A DNA stretch of 64,000 nucleotides, taken from Mobula hypostoma. Its lineage: Eukaryota. Below the pieces are notes generated by a model. It had not been told where the DNA came from. It saw only the letters and a program-made list of their open reading frames with translations, and made no database searches. The translations under genes and the position numbers were made by a program. Positions 60,451 to 64,000 of this stretch are shown in pieces; the first letter of the stretch is position 1, and each line of letters starts with the position of its first letter. The stretch spans positions 21,020,001 to 21,084,000 of the forward strand of contig NC_086118.1 in NCBI RefSeq assembly GCF_963921235.1, given 5' to 3'.

Positions 60451-63392
60451 TCCTAGCACTGATCTCTGTAGTAGAGGTTTCCTTATATAAGAACAATCCT
60501 CCACTATCACCACTTGCCTCCTTTGATCACTCTAATTATGCATTGATTTTGCCAACTTACCCTGGTTCCAATCAAGTCTAATTGTGGATTACAGTAGAAT
60601 TCTATAAACTACACTTAGCTTTCAAGATTGATACAAGTAAAACATTTTGTGAATTGCACACATCTTTTTCCATGAACACATTAAAACTAGGGGAAAAATC
60701 CAAATAAAACATGATCTAAGGAAAGTTAATGACCTTAATATGACATCAGTGTACAGCCTGATGGGATTCCTCCTCTCCCACAAAAAGTACTCAAGCTCAT
60801 GTTAGTGCTCTTGTCATTCAAATGGGCTTATAGTTAGCTAAAACAACAGATTCTATTACACATAATGAATTCATTTACATTGGCTGAAGATTGAACCGTA
60901 ATATCTAAACTGGACCCTTTGGGTACAGCCAATTCAAGCATTTTTCAGCCAAATATAATTTTCTCATATCTGGAGGGAGAAGAAAAAAAAATTTCATAAG
61001 CTAGGAATCATATACCAATTCTCTGTAAAAATTTGCTATGTTTCAGCATCTTCAAAGATTAGTGCACTTCTTGGGGACTGAATTTGCTTTCAGAGAGAGA
61101 AACCCCATATACTCATCCAACTAACTATCTAATTGGGGAAGCACCAGGTCAGGTAAACGGAGGCACCGAGATGTATTTATGTTCCAGCTTCCATAAATGG
61201 TCTCTTTTTCCATTTGAAGCATGGACTTATTTTTCACAGTTTCATAAACTTCAGAAAGAAACCCCTCTAGGCCAGTAAGAATTCATGTTTAAGACCCATT
61301 TTGTGTTGGCACTTCCCACATTGGAACCTTACCATTCCCTGTTAGGTTTGTTATTTAAGCAAACAGAATCACATCAGATTTCCATTTCAAGCCTTTCTTT
61401 GCATGTTTTAATTTGTGCGTTGCCTACTAAATCCTGGTCTTATTCCTTCAAGGTGAACTTTAAAGGCAAATTGTGCACCGTGACTCTACTGGATTATTTA
61501 CTTAACCGCACATCTACCTCCAGGAGTGACATGAATTCAATTCCCTGTTTTGCAAAAACATCCAACATACGAGAATTCACAAAGGTTGCAGAGCCATGTA
61601 TTTATGAACAAGTTACAGGGTTGGTTGAACTTTTTTTCTGGTGTGTCATGCTTCTTTAAAAAGTCACAATGATCTCAAGGTTTTCAATACTGATCAGATG
61701 TGGAAAAGCTCTTCTGCTTGAAATAGAAGCTCAGGAATATACAAAGACATGCTTATGTACTGCACAAAAAAATGACCATTGCCACTGTTGGACGCCGAAC
61801 AATTAAACTTGAAATTGAACTTGAGTTGTGCAATTCCTTCCTCTCTTTTACAAAATGTATCTGTTTATTTACGAGTACACCAGTACCATACAATTACGGT
61901 ATGTTCAAAGGAATGCTAAGTCAATCAATGTCATTGCAACTGGCTTCACAGATAAAAGGCCCTCTGGAAGATATTATTTGAGATATCTAATCTGTTGTAT
62001 CACGTGCAGTGTCGGAATTAATAAAGTGTTAACACATGTAGAGTTCATTGGGATGAATTGGTCTTTGGCCTGAGATATTGATTCCATTCTTCTTTTCACA
62101 GATGCTGCCAGATATGCTGATATTTTCCAGAATTTTCCATTTTGATTTCAGCACTCATTGGCTTCGAAGCACACAATCATTGCCAGAGCTAGGCAGTGCT
62201 AAAAATGAAATCAAAGCTTCCAGAAATTCCCCTTACAAAAGGTGCTGATATAAATAGTTTTGTGCACCGTTCAACTGGCTTAACGAAAATTCCTTCATAC
62301 CATTCACACAGACAACTGTGGACAAGTGACCGGCAACAAAAGGACCACATTACAACTACTTTGCACAGACCTATTTTGTTAGCTTTTCAGTAGCAACACA
62401 CGTTAATGTGGAACCCTCGTCATATTCAAAGGTTTGCTTGTATATCATAATTCTACTGTCACAGTGACAATAAGCACAAGACAATCCAATTTATTATGCT
62501 GTTATTAATATTTTTCATAGAATGGTTCAGCAAAAAAATACATTTAGTGAGATTACACAGTTCATCTGAATTAAAGAGTCTGATTTAAAAAAAATCTGTT
62601 TTGCATCACTTGCAAATTTAAATTATTATTCTGTGTTCATATGGAAATGAGCATTTTCTATACAAAATGATCGCACTTTCTTTAGTGTGTGAATAAATAT
62701 GCTAATTGCTTAGCTGGACAAGAGCATGAATTATGCTGAATTCACTGATGTACAGTCAGCTAACCTTTTGCAACATGATCTCAACGCACATGCTGATGTC
62801 CCTAATTCACTGCATTATGCTGATATTTTTCTGACAAATTCGAACTACTTTTGTTTAAGTTCACCAAATCAGATCAGCTGACAAGGGTTCCTTCGTTCTG
62901 GCGATGTTCTCGAGGGGATGATTGTTCACCTTGTTCCGTCAGTCTGCACAGGAGCTGATAGTCATTTCACATTCTGTGTGATTGTGCCAAAGGTAAATTT
63001 TGTTCTTGTCTTTTTGCAGCTGTAGACATGCTGGACCACACTGACTTCCGCCAATGACACTGAAGCCTCTTTCACCTGGGTGGGACTGGACAGACCTACA
63101 TCTAGTCTACTCTACCCACTCACAGCTGAGAATCATCTCTTCCAACATATTAACCTACTATCCTCAAAAATCTATCCCTGCCCTTATGAGAGATTGAAGT
63201 ATGTCGGAGTTCAGCGAGGCCTGGCTGTCCTTGCACATGACTCTTGAAAGTTAACATGAGGGTTTGGAAAGCAAAAGGGAACATTAGGATTTACAACCTG
63301 AAGATTTGAGTACATGAAAAGAGATGTCTTGCTTCAATCTTTTGCTTCTGGAACAAGGTGTTTACAATGGCCTCTCTATATACAAAAGATAT

Positions 63393-63560
63393 GGGTGGCA
63401 CCGTAGTGTAGCAGCTGGCATAATGCTAATTTAGCACCAGCAACCCTGGTTCAATTCTACCACTGTCTCTAAGGGTTTGTACATTCTCCCCGTGACTGCG
63501 TGGTCTTCCTCTGGGCGCTCTGTTTTCCTCCCGCATTCCAAAGGTGTATGGGTTAAGTTA
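63393..63560 (+). mobile_element. V-SINE fragment
   Basis: tRNA-like head (GGTTCAATTC) and V-domain TTTGTACATTCTCCCCGTGACTGCGTGG..TTTCCTCCC. Confidence 0.7.
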
Positions 63561-63562
63561 GT

Positions 63563-63838
63563 GTTGGCGCGTGGCCAAGTGGTTAAGGCATTCGCTAGTT
63601 CGAGCCTTGGCTGAGGCAGCGTGTGTGTCCTTGAGCAAGGCACTTAACCACACACTGCTCTGCGACGACACCAGTGCCAAGCTGTATGGGTCCTAATACC
63701 CTTCCCTTGGACAACATCAGTGGTGTGGAGAGGGGAGACTTGCAACATGGGCAACTGCTGGTATTCCATACAACCTTTCCCAGGCCTGCACCCTGGAAAC
63801 CTTCCAAGGAGCAAATCCATGGTCTCATGAGACTAACA
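63563..63838 (+). mobile_element. tRNA-derived CORE-like SINE
   Basis: TGGCCAAGTGGTTAAGGC (A-box), GTTCGAGCC (B-box), and GTGTCCTTGAGCAAGGCACTTAACC (CORE-like). Confidence 0.65.
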
Positions 63839-63839
63839 T

Positions 63840-64000
63840 GATCTCATGTGAAGTTATCCACTTTGGTGGCAAAAATAGGAAAACAGATTATTATCTGAGT
63901 GGTGGCTGATTAGGAAAAGGAAAGGTGCAACGAGACCTGGGTGTCATTATACACCAGTCATTGAAAGTGGGCATGCAGGTACAGCAGGCGGTGAAAAAGG
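63840..64000 (+). mobile_element. CR1 RT fragment running off the window end
   Basis: CEVIHFGGKNRK..VQRDLGVII. Confidence 0.75.

Noticed and set aside
63563..63612. tRNA gene
   Set aside because: A and B boxes are present but the cloverleaf is incomplete and continues into a SINE body.

Overview
Repeat-dense vertebrate genomic DNA. The repeat families (V-SINE, abundant CR1, Rex1-like, Penelope/Neptune) suggest a cartilaginous fish, probably a ray; this is inference, not a database result. I found no confidently identifiable host protein-coding gene, so the window looks intergenic or intronic. It is a mosaic of transposable elements. (1) A ~5.1 kb Gmr1-like Ty3/Gypsy LTR element (887-5987) is inserted in a Tc1 remnant; its gag is nearly intact but its PR-IN-RT-RH pol is deleted and decayed, and a solo LTR of the same family with a 4-bp TSD lies at 53739-54614. 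(2) Several Penelope-like (Neptune-type) insertions carry minimal hammerhead ribozyme motifs. Two are fold-back insertions with ~15-bp TSDs and an identical outer end (7111-7320, 58155-59871), and a separate 136-bp double-hammerhead palindrome lies at 23313-23448. (3) There are many CR1, Rex1-like, RTE and L1-clade fragments, a 3-copy non-autonomous LINE-derived family, tRNA-SINEs, two Tc1 remnants, a Harbinger MITE and a minisatellite. The most interesting signals are the recurring Penelope fold-back architecture and the gag-preserving, pol-decayed LTR element. Boundaries of degraded elements are approximate.
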